Shown: positions 24,428 through 37,524, counted from the first letter of the stretch. The stretch is 64,000 nt of DNA from Fimicolochytrium jonesii (GCF_025526975.1 NW_026515681.1:372001-436000); one strand, 5' to 3'. Program-made: numbers and translations. The notes: generated by a model not told the origin, from the sequence alone.

Positions 24428-25369
24428 TCAAACCCGACCAGCACCACCACCATGCGCATGCTCAACCTCTCTCGACTCTTGCTTCTTCTCGGATTCACGC
24501 GAAGCGTCCTGACCCGGGTTCAACGACTCATAGTCAAGCCTTTTGAGCCCCAAATGAAACAAGGACGCCAGCACACCACCAAGCACTGGCGCAAGCCAGA
24601 AAACCCAATGATCATCCCAAGTACCCTCAAAAACGGACGCCCCAAAGCTCCGCGCGGGATTAACGCTGCAGCCAGTGAACGGAACCGCCACCAGGTGGAC
24701 CAAGAACAGAGCGAGCCCAATGCCCACCGGCGCGAGGTACGTATGCTTGCTTTTCTCGACGGCGAGCATGAGGATCACGATGGTGAATAATGCGGTGAGG
24801 ATGACCTCGAGGAAAAACCCTTGAGCGATGCTAATCCCGTTCTTGAGAGTGTTGGCGCCCTTGAAGGGGCCAGGGAACAGTCCCTGAACAAGGGCACCCG
24901 CGACGAGTGCGCCGACGAGTTGCGCAGCGACAAACATGGCTCCGCGACGTGGGGTGATGGCTTTGGAAATAACGAGTGCGACGGTGACAGCTGGGTTGAG
25001 GAGACCGCCAGAGACGCGGTATAGCGCCCATGCGACGACGAGGAGCGACAGGCCGAAGGAAGTGGCGATCATCAACACGCCCGCGACTCCGCCCGTTGCG
25101 TCCTTGCCTCCATCGGCGGCGCTGGCGGCAGACGCGGCGTTGACTGCACCATAGGCGGCGAAGAGAAACAGGAAGGTTCCTAGGGCTTCGACGCTGGAGG
25201 CTAGGACATCGCGCATGAATGGGCTGTAATTGTGTTTTGGGGCGTCATTGCGGAATTGTCGGTTGCGACCCGCCGGCGATAAGGTGTGCTCGGAGCTCCC
25301 CGGCTGCAAGCGGCGAGGCTGATCTGAGTCTTGGATGTTGATTTCGTGGTGTCTATCAGGTGATGACAT
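24428..25369 (-). CDS. Aquaporin (MIP family), orthodox water-channel type
   Basis: Intronless, 313 aa, six TM helices. Motifs SGGLLNPAVT and TGCSVNPARSFG. His, Cys and Arg occupy the ar/R filter positions. Confidence 0.95.
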   Translation of the reverse strand: MSSPDRHHEINIQDSDQPRRLQPGSSEHTLSPAGRNRQFRNDAPKHNYSPFMRDVLASSVEALGTFLFLFAAYGAVNAASAASAADGGKDATGGVAGVLMIATSFGLSLLVVAWALYRVSGGLLNPAVTVALVISKAITPRRGAMFVAAQLVGALVAGALVQGLFPGPFKGANTLKNGISIAQGFFLEVILTALFTIVILMLAVEKSKHTYLAPVGIGLALFLVHLVAVPFTGCSVNPARSFGASVFEGTWDDHWVFWLAPVLGGVLASLFHLGLKRLDYESLNPGQDASRESEKKQESREVEHAHGGGAGRV

Positions 25370-26156
25370 GTTGGCAGCTTTCGGTTCGGAAATGGACGGT
25401 TGTGCGAAGAGTTGAAGAGGTGCAAACCGACCTTCTTATATACTGACGGGAATCATTTCCGCGACCACGGCTCGAAGGGACAGAGCCCTGATGGGCAAGT
25501 ATTGGAGATGGATGTCTCGATCTCTCGACAGGTATGTTTACGGTACTGTACGTCATGTTCGGTCAGAGCAGGTCTCATGTCGATTTTCCCTGACGCGCAA
25601 ATATCGCCTCCGCTCGCCTTCCGTAAGCGCAACGCGTGCGTGTTCGCTTCAAATATCAATGTCACCTACCGCACGTGGCTGACGGACATGGACATGGACA
25701 TGCCAGATGGACGTGTCGATTGCAAACCCGACCTTCAAACTTCTTCGCCCCAGTCTACGAACCCAGCACGGCGATTGGACTGCCTACCCTCTTTTAACAC
25801 TCATTTCGTCTGTGGTGTTTCGCCCGATGTCCAATGGGCCCGAGTAAGCCACGAACGGTGGGTAGTCTGAAGATTTTGCAGAGGGGCGAAGGAGTGATGG
25901 AGTTTTTGTTGCTCTCCAATTGTGTGCTCTGGACGAGGAACGTAGTCCAATAGTTGCGTGACGTCCACGAGAAACCACTACTCCGACAGAACTTGCATTT
26001 TGCTTTCTTCCTTGTGCCACCGCGAAAAGCCCAACATTGGCTATACCTCTGTCTCTTGAGACGTACCAGCCCGGCTCCTTGGCTGTGCTCTTTGCTCAAG
26101 GACGGATTGGCCCATTTGAGTAAAGACGGTAATAGCAGAAATTCCAAAACACAAAG

Positions 26157-26905
26157 ATGCCGGAATAGACTCCCTCGACGACCTCAGTCTCCTGAACATC
26201 CCTGAGCACTTTGTCGACCTCAGGCATGAGCGCGTGCTGCCCACTCTCCGCCTCGTCAACCGCAGGTGGAATGCCCTTGTCCTCAATCTCCAGCAAAGCT
26301 TCAAATCGCGAACGCTCGAGTTGACATTGCGGACCCAGCAGCGCTGGATGCTGTGCGTGCCAAACGCACTACTTGGAAGTTGATTGTCAGACGGAGCGGC
26401 CCTTCCGCTGCGACATGGTCAGACATGTTCCAGTTTTTTTCGTCTATCATTAAGCTTCTGGTCGCGCCATTTGACCCAGACTTAGAGGAGATGGATGGGC
26501 TGCTGGAGGCCGCTAGCATTCACTCTCCGAGTGTATCTCGACTCAGTGCTGGTGCCCACGAGTACAGCGGCGAGATTTTTGCCGCTTCTTTGAGTCGTTG
26601 AGAAGACACCAATGGCGGTCTCCAAAGTTTCAGCGCACCTGCAACCCTTAACTCTTCAAAAATAGTAGTCATTTCCAGACATTGTCAGCTCATGGATCCC
26701 CCACACTGGCCGGAAGGCGAGACGGAGTGGGATTCTAACCGAGAGTTCTACAGTCAGATGGGACTTCACAGCGGAGGAGCTGGGTTTGGTCATCTCCACC
26801 TTCGGACCATCATGGACGACAATAAGCCTGGTGGAGTGGGAGAAGGTGGACACAGCCTTCTTTTCCGCGTTAAATGCCTTGTTCTACCACAAGTCACTTT
26901 ACTAG
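26157..26905 (+). pseudogene. Degenerate F-box protein gene
   Basis: IDSLDDLSLLNIPEHFVDLRHERVLPTLRLVNRRWNALV (26165-26281) is an F-box motif. The nearest ATG (26157) is 1 nt out of frame. Protein-like segments continue downstream in other frames with stops. Confidence 0.55.
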
Positions 26906-27140
26906 CCATCGGCTACAGCATGATTTTGGGACACGTCGCTTTCAACTTTACGACCGAAGAGCCCTTGCCAAGGTCCGCCTCCTCCGCCCGCACGCGTTTT
27001 CGATGACGACGAACGCCCGCCGACGCCGTCAAATCGATCCTCGCCATCTATCTCACTTGCACTTACGTTTCATCGCACTCGAGCACCTCACTTCAATCAC
27101 CACGAAGCACCCTATCACTATCCCCCCAACGACACTCACC

Positions 27141-27963
27141 ATGTCCCCCACCCCCGAAATCTACACCTTCCCCAGCACGGACGCCATCTCCAGCGCCCTC
27201 GACCATTTCCTCACGCACGAATCAGCAAAAGCCATCGCCCACCGCGGCAAATTCACAATCTCCCTCTCCGGCGGCTCGCTCCCCAAAGTCCTCGGCGCCG
27301 AAATCAAAGCCAACAAATACATCGACTGGTCCAAATGGCACGTCTTCTTTGCCGATGAGAGATGTGTGCCGCTTGACCATGAGGACTCGAATTACCTGCT
27401 TGCAAAGGAGAATCTGTTGGACCATGTGCCCATTCCGAAGGACCAGGTTTATACCATCGACCCGAAGCTGGTGAAGGACCCTGAGGCTGCTGCAAAGGCC
27501 TACCAGAAGGTTCTTGCTGCTGTCTTTGGGAGTGAGACGGATATCCCGTCGTTGGACGTTAACCTTCTCGGCTTGGGACCTGATGGGCACTGCTGCTCGT
27601 TGTTTCCTGGCCATCCTCTCTTGGGGGTTACGGACCGATGGGTTGCCGCGATCCACGATAGCCCGAAACCGCCAAAGGAGCGGATTACACTGACGTTTCC
27701 AGTTGTGAATGAGGCAAGGATCAACTTGTTTGTGGCGAACGGGGAGGGGAAGGCGGAAGTGCTGCATAAGGTGTTGGATAAGAAGGAGGATCTGCCTTCG
27801 GGACGAGGTAGGGTGTTGTTGAGTTGTGTTTCCATGGATGGTGTCCGACTTACTGATGTTTGGTGCAATTGTTCTAGTGACTGGAAAGGAGCGGCTCATT
27901 TGGTTCCTCGACGCCTCCGCGGCGAAGCATGTCACCTCCAAGGCTCAGACTTACAAGCTCTGA
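27141..27963 (+). CDS. SOL3: 6-phosphogluconolactonase
   Basis: Motifs FTISLSGGSLPK, FFADERCVPLDHEDSNY, LLGLGPDGHCCSLFPGH and DSPKPPKERITLT. Intron 27808..27877 gives the C-terminus LIWFLDASAAKHVTSKAQTYKL*. Confidence 0.95.
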
Positions 27964-28440
27964 TGCATGCGATTGTATCTTTGGTCGCACGCAGAGCGTA
28001 GCACACTTCACTGTTCATAGTCTCGCCCGCGGCGTACCGTCTTTTCTCATCTCAAACTGGTGTTAGGGTGCTAGGTCTCTCACTGGTTCACCTTTTCACA
28101 ATTCATGTCCATGTACACTCAATCATAGTGCCATTCAGGTTCGAAATTGTCTACATACGTACGTTACAACAAAGGTTCCGAAAGGGGAAGATGAAGGGAA
28201 GGAAAGTGGGTATACTGAAAGAGCCTATTCAACATGAAACCGCCAATGTCAAATCTTTGTACGTTCATACATACGCCTTGAATCTCGAAAAGGAAAAGGA
28301 GGGGAGAAACTGTTAACTACCGAACGGGGGGTCGGTCGGGGAAGGAAAGACGGACTATGCGCGATTAAATCAATTAGAAAGGGAATCGGAAGAGTTGAGT
28401 GTCGGTTTTGTCAAAAGAATGAGTCGGATAGCGGATATCT

Positions 28441-31084
28441 TCAGCGGCGCCACACTCTCCTAATATCATCAGAATCCAGCGGATTGTCGCGCTTCTCGGC
28501 ACCTTCACCGCGTCCCCGCCGACGATCGTAGTCAGACATGTAGTAGTATCCAAGCTCAGCGGCAGTGTAGCCCTGTGTGGGGTTGACGTTCCTCTCTCGG
28601 AAGGGTCCTTCGGTTCTGTTCACGGGTGAAGAGGCAGAAGCGCCGCTGCCTGAAGCCTGTACCGACGAGGTGTGACGTTCCATCTGAGCAAGCCGGCGTT
28701 CCGCGTTGCGCAGCAGAGTCTCCAGATCTTCGCAGCGTTTCTCAGTCTCGAGCTTCCCGTTGATGATTTCTTTGCGTTCCACTTCAAAGCGTTTGAGAGC
28801 AGTCTCGTGACGTTTGCGCAGGTCCTCGTAGCGCGTCTCGCTCTGTTTGAGAGCTTGTTCTAGCATCTTGATCCTGGAAGTGTAGAGCTGCAGTGTAGTA
28901 GAGGTCGTTGCAGAGTTGCCGCTAGCTAGTCCAGGGGGAGCATCCGGAGCATCGTTATCGTAATTGCCAATGCGCGTCGTGTGAACCATTCCAACGATAG
29001 GCATTCTGCCGTCGGCTTCTGGTGGGGACGGGTACATAGCCTTCTTGTTGCCGAAGAGCACAGCCTTGACGTCCATAGTGTCTTTCCCATTATCGACGCG
29101 AGCCTTGACGATTGGCGTGCGAACGTCCAATGTAGTCTATGTATACGAAGGGTATGACGAGAATCGATGAAAGGCCGGCATGAGCTGCTCGAATTTGCAA
29201 CTAACCTCTGAGGCACACGACTCCGCCCAGACAGCGACAGGGGATCCGTTCATGTGCGGATCGCGCGCGGGAGTGGCCTGGTCTTGAATCCAGTCTCCTT
29301 GGGAAGAGCAATCTTGCGAGGCCTCCAGGGCTCCAAACCCGTCGATGGTGGGAGGATTGTAGACAAACTTGACCAGATCACGAGGGCAGGGGATTTGCTG
29401 GAGGGACGAAAACGATACAGCAAAGGGCGCGTCATTCACAAAAGGTAGAAGTACTTACCGCAACGTTCAAGAGAGTAACTTTTTGCTTCTCGGTGAATAG
29501 TGGCACACAAAGACCGGTCCGAACAACGCGGTCTAGGAGACTGTCGTCGATGTTGTGGTCGAACCGATTCAAGTGAATGCGGAGAGCTTCTAGCGAAACT
29601 GCAAGGGGATTAGATGAGAGGGTCAACGCGTGTGGGAAGTGAAGTGATCAGACTGCCGTGCATTACGTTTCAGCATCTCAAAAAGATGATCCCGATGAGC
29701 GGTGCTGATTGAGATTGGATCGTGCCAAGGGACTTTGCTAATAATGGAAATGATGTTCTCGAAAGGGCGCTCAGCACATTTGCGAGAGAAATGGAGCTGA
29801 GGAAAGAGAGCCACCATGTCAACCGCCATCCGTTGTATCTTGAAACTGTCATGTTTCCTTACTTTGTAGTTCCTGCAGACAAGGAGCAGGGCATTAATCT
29901 CTTCACGAAGTAAGAATACTCCTTCCTTGGACTGCTGAGAGGACGATGACCCGTAAACCAGGCCGCTTCCACTCGCACCGTACTGAGCAGCGGCACGAGG
30001 ATCAGCGAATAGAATCTCAGAGGTGAACGGTTCGTCCAGGTCACAGCTTTTTTCCATGACATCGCCCTTAGGGATGCGACCAGCACGGTGCGGGAATAAC
30101 GCGTCGATAAGCTCCGCTTGCGTGCTCCACTGCGCCAGAACGATACGGCCCTTCAGGATACCGCGCGAGTGCAAATCAAGGGCTCGTTGCGCGTCCGTGT
30201 ACGTGGGAAACTCAACAAAGCAGTCGCTCTGGGTCTTTCCGGTAGACCGGTTCATGATAATGTGAACGGCTTGCGTGAAGTGCGGAGGGACGTGGCCAAA
30301 AGGAATCTGGTGCGGAAGAGTGATCACATTAGCATTGTGTTTGCATTTCAGCGAGGACATTTCACATACCATACAAGGGGCAAAGTAGGCGACGACATCA
30401 TTGATTCCAAGATTCCACGCGATGTTGCTGAGCCTTATGACTGCAAAGCTTGAGGTAGAAGGCACATTGGGTCGCAACTGAAGCAAGGTGAACAGGGAAT
30501 TGGGCGCGTTTCTCTCCGACCCTGCGTCGTTGGGTTTCTCCGATTTCTCAGCTGATTGAGCGACCTTAGATGCAAAAAGACGGGTATGAGTACGGTGTTC
30601 CTTTGAGTAATCGCTTTGGCAGCGGGCGATCGAGATCTGATGGTGGGAACTTACAACATTCAATTGACTTCCGGGTATCTTCCAGGCACTTGGGCCCGAT
30701 CCACTGGCCGATCTCGGTCCCAGCTTTTCGAAGGCATGGGTAGCCTGCACGGTCTTCCCGCGTCAGGAGAGCCATCCACATCTTTTCTAGCGCTTTACAC
30801 AAGGGTCAACATGCCTGCAATTCACTCTTGGATCTCGATAAAACACCCAAGTTCATGTCCAGTACCGACGAGCTGAAGTAAGAACCTGTGGGAAAATGCG
30901 CGGGGACGAGGATGAATGTAAGCATCGGGAATTAACCATACGAAGACATTGTGGGTAGCGTACCTGGCACAACATGCTGATACTCCGTTGGAGTAAAGTA
31001 AGAATAATTTGGTCCCGCATCGCTTGTGGGAACGTGGCTTTTGTTCTCTTGACCAGTGGCGGTCGGCTTATCAGAAGGGTCCAT
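28441..31084 (-). CDS. RRM RNA-binding protein with C-terminal coiled coil
   Basis: VIRLSNIAWNLGINDVVAYF...VHIIMNRSTGKTQSDCFVEF (qRRM-like) and conserved-looking LLREEINALLLVCRNYK|LHFSRKCAERPFENIIS. Multiple introns. ATG 31084 is inferred after a 5'UTR intron. Confidence 0.75.
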
Positions 31085-31502
31085 CTTCGCGAATTCCGAT
31101 GACCTCGTTGGCTTAACTGTGAGTGTCTAGGAGACCAGCGGAAGCGTATCAGTCGCATTGTCCCGTGAATAGGAACTTCCTTCTGGGCACATCCCTACGA
31201 TTCAACAACCAGAGCCAATCTTCCCACGCGCCATTAGGAATGCAGTCCGCTCTGTTTCTCACCTCAAAAGACACTCAGAAACGGCGGCCTCCTGTTCGCA
31301 GCAGCACACTTCCCGAACAATGCTGCTGGTTGCAGCGAACTTCCTACACCTCTGGTTCTAGAGGTCTTTCGTTCTCTCCCAAGTTGCGTGGGAATTGCGC
31401 TGGATGGGGCCAAGATGGGGGGGGGGGGGAAAGAGAGAGTTACGAAACGGAAATCTGACCTCACGGCAAAAGATCAGGACGCGCGAATAAACCGATGCCC
31501 GA

Positions 31503-31523
31503 TCACGTGATGCGTTCACGTGA
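31503..31523. promoter_or_regulatory. Tandem TCACGTGA palindromes in the divergent RRM/UTP12 promoter
   Basis: TCACGTGA at 31503-31510 and 31516-31523. Confidence 0.55.
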
Positions 31524-31746
31524 CTGCTATTCCTCCACTTGCACGCTTGCTTAAACGCTCTAAGTTGGTGAAGTGCGAATGTCGTCAGGAATTGGTGTCC
31601 AGGCGCAAGCAAGAGACGTTGGATAGCAGCTCTATTCGTAGCTATTGCAGTGGACTGTAATTGTGGAAGCATTGGAGCGACCAGTAGTAATATTGTCGAC
31701 CAGCCGTCGCGGAAAAGCATTTTCGACCTCCTCAGTGTGAAGCACC

Positions 31747-34700
31747 ATGGTCAAATTATACCTGAGGTATCGGCTCGCCGCCTCCTTCGGCCTAGTAGCC
31801 AGCGGCGGAAGTAACTCTCTGTTCGACAAAACCGGCAAATATGCCATAACACCAGCGCTCGAAAATGTCACAGTCTGGGACGTCCGGAAAGGCACCTTGT
31901 TTGGGGAATGGAAGGACGCGGATAACAAGGCTGAGGTCACTGGGATGACGAGAAGTCCGTCGGGAGAGCATATTGCTGTTGGGTAACTATCCGAGTGCGA
32001 CTTTTGCACATTCAGCTCACCGCGAAGTGCTAACATATGCAACCTCTTGAAAACATAGATATGCAGACGGTTCGATTAGGGTTTGGGAGCTAGCTACCGG
32101 CGAGTCAGCAATCACCTTCAACGGACACAGATCAGCCGTCACGGCACTATCCTACGACTCAACAGGCGCACGACTAGTCTCGGGCTCCAAAGACACAGAC
32201 GTGATCGTATGGGACATCGTAGCGGAATCCGGCCTGTACAGGCTACGAGGTCACAAAGACCAAGTCACAGCAGTGCGCTTCCTCTCGAAAGACGGGCTGG
32301 ATCACGTCGTGTCGACATCAAAAGACACGCTGATGAAGTTTTGGGATTTGGCTACTCAGCATTGTGTGGAGACGGTTATTGCGCATCGGGGGGAGGTGTG
32401 GGATATGGATGTGTCGCCTGATCAGACCCGCATATTCACGGGTGCAGGCGATGGGGAGGTCCGTGTGTGGCAGTTGGATCTGCCGGTGCTGAGATCTAAA
32501 CTGGAGCCAGCGGGGAATACGGTCAATAGCGGGTGGCAAGGGACGGAAACGAACCCGGATGGGACACCGGCCACGAAACGGGCGGTTGTTGGGTTGGGCA
32601 CGTTGGAAAGGCAGAGCAAAGAGCGGGTCGTTACCCTTCGAGTGCATCCGAGTGGTCGGTACGTCGGAGCGCAGGGCTCTGACAGGCTGGTGGAGGTGTT
32701 CCGGATACGCACGGAAGAGGAGATCAAGAAGAAGATGGCGCGGTTGAAGAAGCGGCAAAAGGAGAAAAAGACCAAAGGGAAAGGCGGAAAGGAGGAGGCG
32801 AACGGTAATGACGACGAGGAAGAGGAAGTTAAGCTGAGCGTGGCTGATGAGATCCCACGAGTAGCCCACATCCGATGTTCGGCAAAAGTTCGGTCGTTCG
32901 ATTTCTCGCCCGTCAGTATACACAAAGGGGCGGCGGGGAGCGGGAAGGAGGCACCGCTGCAGATCCTTTGCGCGTTGTCAAACAACAGCGCCGAGGTGCA
33001 TGCGGTGGAGTTTGAGAACAAGGAGCAGCCCACCCGGCTCGTCTCAGGAATCGACATCCCTGGCCATCGGTCAGACGTCCGGACGCTGGCGTTGGCGCCC
33101 GACGATGAACTGCTGTTGACGGGTTCCTCGGACATGATCAAGATTTGGAACGTGTATTCGCGGCAATGTCTGAAAACCATCGAGTCCGGTTACGCATTAT
33201 GCTGTGAGTTCCTGCCTGGCAACAACTTTGTCATCATCGGAACAAAAACGGGCGAGCTGCAGTTGTTTGATCTGGCCCGGTCCGCTATGATTGAAAGTAT
33301 CAAAGCCCATGACGGGCCTGTGTGGTCGCTGCACATGCGCGCCGACAAGAAGGGATTCGTGACGGGGTCGCAGGATAAGGACGTCAAGTTCTGGGATCTG
33401 GGGTTCATGGAGGACACGGAGTACTCGCGCGTGCAGAAACGCCCGACGATGGTGCACACCCGGACACTGAAGATGGCGGACGACGTGCTGTGTGTACGAT
33501 ACTCCCCCGACGGGCGGTTGCTGGCCATCTCGTTACTGGATTCCACTGTCAAGGTCCTGTACGCCGACACGCTCAAATTCTTCCTCTCGCTGTACGGCCA
33601 CAAACTGCCCGTCCTGTCGATGGACATATCCTCCGACAGCACGCTGATCGTAACCGGCTCATCAGACAAAACGATCAAGATCTGGGGCCTCGATTTCGGC
33701 GACTGCCACAAATCCCTGCACGCGCACCAAGACTCCGTCATGAACGTGCGCTTCGTCTTTGGCACGCACTACCTCTTCTCCGTCGGCAAGGACCGCGCGG
33801 TCAAGTACTGGGACACGGACAGCTTTGAGCTGATCATGACGCTCGGCGGCACGGCCGGCGGCGGCGCGCAGCACCACGGGGAGGTGTGGGCGTTGGCGGT
33901 GGCTAAGTACGGCAATTTCGTCGTGACGGGCGCACATGACCGGTCTATCCGCGTGTGGGAGAAGACGGACGACCAGTTCATGCTTGAGGAGGAGCGCGAG
34001 AAGGAGATGGAGGAGATGTACGAGACTACCGCTGCCGACGCTGCAGATAAGTTCGACGCGCCGGTTGGATCCGGGATCGCTGCTGATGACCCCGACCATA
34101 TGCGGCCCGACACCGGCGATAATGCCGACGAGGCCGCCGCGCCTGGCAAAGCCACTGCCGGTACCCTGAAAGCCGGTGAGCGGCTGATTGAGGCCCTGGA
34201 TGTGTGGGAGGAGGAGCGGCGGAACCTGGACGCGTATGAGCGTGTCAAGGCGGGCAACCCGGATGCGGTGCCGCCGCCGCGCTCGCCGTTTATCGTCGCG
34301 CTGAATATCCCGGATATCACCCCTGAGGGGTATGTCCTGCATGTCGCGCAGAAGATCAGGGCGTCGGATCTAGATGAGGCGCTGCTTGTGTTGCCGTTTG
34401 CGAAGGTGGTGGCACTGTTGAAGAATATCGTTGCGTGGATCGATAGGGTACGTTCATTCTCCAGTTTCGAATCTGCCCCCCCTTTCACGATGCCCGAGAT
34501 ATTGATCCTTCCATCCCCAATCTCTTACCCAGGCCTGGAACCCCACCCTCACCTCCCGGATCCTCTTCCACCTCCTCCGCACGCATCACCACCAACTCGT
34601 CAGCACCGCCACCCTGCGGCCCACACTAACCACCATCCGCCGCACGCTACGCGCCCAGCTCGTCGCCCACCGCGAGAAGGTCGGGTTCAACCTCGCTGGG

Positions 34701-34850
34701 CTGCGGTACTGGCAGAATCAGCTGAGGGAACAGGCTGAGGTCAATGCGTTTGTGGGTGAGGATAGGTTTGAGGATGCCGCGAATGGGGAGAAGGAAGGGG
34801 AGGAGAAGGATGGGAAGGGGAAATCGAAGAGGAAACGGAGGAATGCGTAG
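31747..34850 (+). CDS. UTP12: WD40 SSU processome protein Utp12/Dip2 (WDR3)
   Basis: MVKLYLRY N-terminus, KFFLSLYGHKLPVLSMDISSDS, KIWGLDFGDCHKSLHAH and C-terminal Utp12 domain (DLDEALLVLPF). Introns at about 31983-32059 and 34448-34532. Confidence 0.96.
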
Positions 34851-35443
34851 GGATGGCCTTTTTGAATGGTTTAATTTCGTTCTCTATCATTATTTTATCA
34901 CTTTGCATATCACACCCTTGTACATGATTCACTGCACGCAGTCCTAGAGAGATTTACCAAGGTTAGGTTAGGCTAGACTACAGGCCGTCAGAATAGTGTC
35001 CGACCTAGAGCTGAATATAAAGAAACCCGGACCTTCTCCAGAAGATGTCTGCGCTCACACGTATGGACCGCTACGTGTACGCAAAGAACAGCACGAGAAG
35101 CCCATGTAATTCTGCCATATGCGTGCAGAGAAGAGCTTCGCATCACGCAGATGAAGGAACCTTTGTGACGAGTAGGTGCCATTACAGTATTTCCTGCCTT
35201 GGTTCAGATGCATGGCCAAAGTCCGCGACGCGTAAAACTCGACGCGTTCTGGCTGGTGCTGTTTCTCTGCTTATCCTGTTACCTCACAGGATGTGCATGC
35301 AACCTCACGAAGAGCCGGACTGGTTTCCAAAGTCTGAATAGACCGCATCCCCCCGGTCGTAGGGATTGCGACCTCTACAAAGAACCGCCTCCGCGCCGAC
35401 TCCAACTCATCGGCATTTCCCATAGCGCCAGAAACACCACCGT

Positions 35444-37190
35444 ATGTCCGCAAGCCATTCATCGAACGAGGTATAACTGCCCTCAAGTTCAAAAGATAAT
35501 ACAGCGGGAAGCTAGATCACACCACTGATACCTCTGTCACAGCTGAAGATAACAAAGGTCACCGACAACTACTACGACGAGATCCTGGAACTGAGCGGGT
35601 CTGAACTGGACGAGTTCCCGACGCCGACGGAGGAGCGGTCGGTGGAAGTTACGGCCGAGGTGGAAGGAGGAGAATCTATGGGTGTGTCTTCATATGCGTG
35701 CATTATTGGAGGCTTACGTTGGGTATGGGCTGACCTTGCATCAGCGCCAGCAGGACGAGGCGACACGCCGCCCTCGGCGGGTCTGTCTGATTCAGACGAG
35801 GACTACGACGACGACAATCTCGAGGACGAGGATGACGACCAGCAGTTGCAGCAGCCACACACCCAGCTGCAGCAACAAAAGCAACGGTCTGGGATAAGCT
35901 TCAACGATGATGATGAAGACGATGAGGACGATGAGGACAACCCCATGCCGACACACCCACCTACGCGTCCCTCCGCCGCACCCGCGGGTCGGGGAACGCT
36001 GAGCAATGCGCCGATGTCGACGTCGTTGGGGTCGGGCGGGTTGCTGAACGATAATGATGACCGTGATTCGGATGGCAGTTTTGCAAGGATGGATGTGGGG
36101 CGGGATGGGGAGTTTGAGGATGACGGTGATGGTCATGAGGGGAGCGGGAAGAGGGGTGGGTTTGGGGGGCTGTTGAGGTAGGTGTGGTGTGGATTCGCAG
36201 TTCTGTATGTAAGGGTTATTCGCCTCACACTGCACATTTCAGGACGGGCGAGTCATCGTACAAAGACCTGTCGATGAGCGAGGAGCTTGCTGACCTGTTC
36301 CAGTACATTGGACGGTATAAGCCGACTGAGATGGAGCTCGAGACGGAGCTGAAGCCGTTTTACCCGGATTATGTGCCTGCGATTGGGGATATTGATGCGT
36401 TCATCAAGGTAAGCGACGGGGCTGTCCCTCCGCTACCATCCTACCCACACATCTAACTGACGAACGTGATTTCCACAGATCCCACGGCCCGACGGCCACC
36501 CCACTCCCCTCGGCCTCTCCGTCCTCGACGAGCCCAGCATCCCGCAATCCGATCCGACAGTCCTCGATCTGCAGCTCCGGTCCCTCAGCAAATCCACTAC
36601 ATCATCCCTCACACCGCTGACCGTACATTCCCTCCCGCACCACGACGTCGTGAACACGCCACGGCTCATCGACGGCTGGATCCGCAACATTAAAGAGTTG
36701 CATGCGGGGCGAGACGCGGCGGTTGCGGCGGCGGGCGGCGTGCCGGGGGGGGTGAAGTACTCGAAACGAATGCCTGATGTGGAGGAGTTGATGCAGGTGT
36801 GGCCGCCGGAGGTCGAGGAGGGGTTAGCTGAGGTATGGACTGTGTTCTGTTAGGCGTGGTCTTGGCGGATATGTAGGCTTTCTTGCTAACATCACATCAT
36901 TGATCATACAGCTCACACTCCCGCCAGCAACCCTCGACCTCCCTCTCGCTACATACGCCCAGCTGCTTGCACTCATACTCGACATCCCCGTTGCGTCCCC
37001 AACGCCGATATCACAAGCCCAACAACAAGCAGCAAAGAAACAGCCATCGAAAACACAGACGATTGAGGCGCTGCATGTGATGTTCTCGCTCTATGCGGAG
37101 TTTAGCCATTCGGCGCACTTTAAGAATGTGGAGGTTGATGCGGGTGGTGGTGGTGCAAGTGTGGGTGGGACGGGGGGAATGGTTAAGTGA
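35444..37190 (+). CDS. IFT46: Intraflagellar transport protein 46
   Basis: Acidic N-terminus, LFQYIGRYKP...LKPFYPDYVPAIGDIDAFIK|IPRPDG...LGLSVLDEPSIPQSDPTVLDLQLR, YSKRMPDVEELMQVWP and IEALHVMFSLYAEF. Five introns. Confidence 0.95.
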
Positions 37191-37524
37191 GGCGACGGGC
37201 GGTTATACCCCCTGCCTGTTCATACGTCCGCCCCCCCGTGATACGTACATATCAGACGATTTGATGAGAATGAAGGTTACTTGGCCCTCCCTTGGCCGTC
37301 CTGCCGAAAAAGTCTACAGAGTCTAGATCTACGCCTGCGTTTGTGTTGCAGCCGTCCGACGCCAGTGTGACGCGTCTTTTGGAGGTGTGACATTTCGCCC
37401 CAGATTTCGGCCGGCATTTTGCCCTCGCATTAGCACTCGCAAAACAGCTACAGTACATATCTACGCGGGAACCATCTAACGCTCGCTCTCTCTCTCTCTC
37501 TCCTTCCAATCTTCATCCAAAGCC

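Noticed and set aside
26874..27140. N-terminal extension of the 6PGL ORF in the ORF track
   Set aside because: Homology starts at ATG 27141 in a good context (CACC ATG). The upstream part looks like promoter or UTR.
32318..34488. Long antisense ORFs opposite UTP12 (similar ones opposite RPAP1, 6PGL and C2CD3)
   Set aside because: Expected shadows of GC-rich, codon-biased sense genes.
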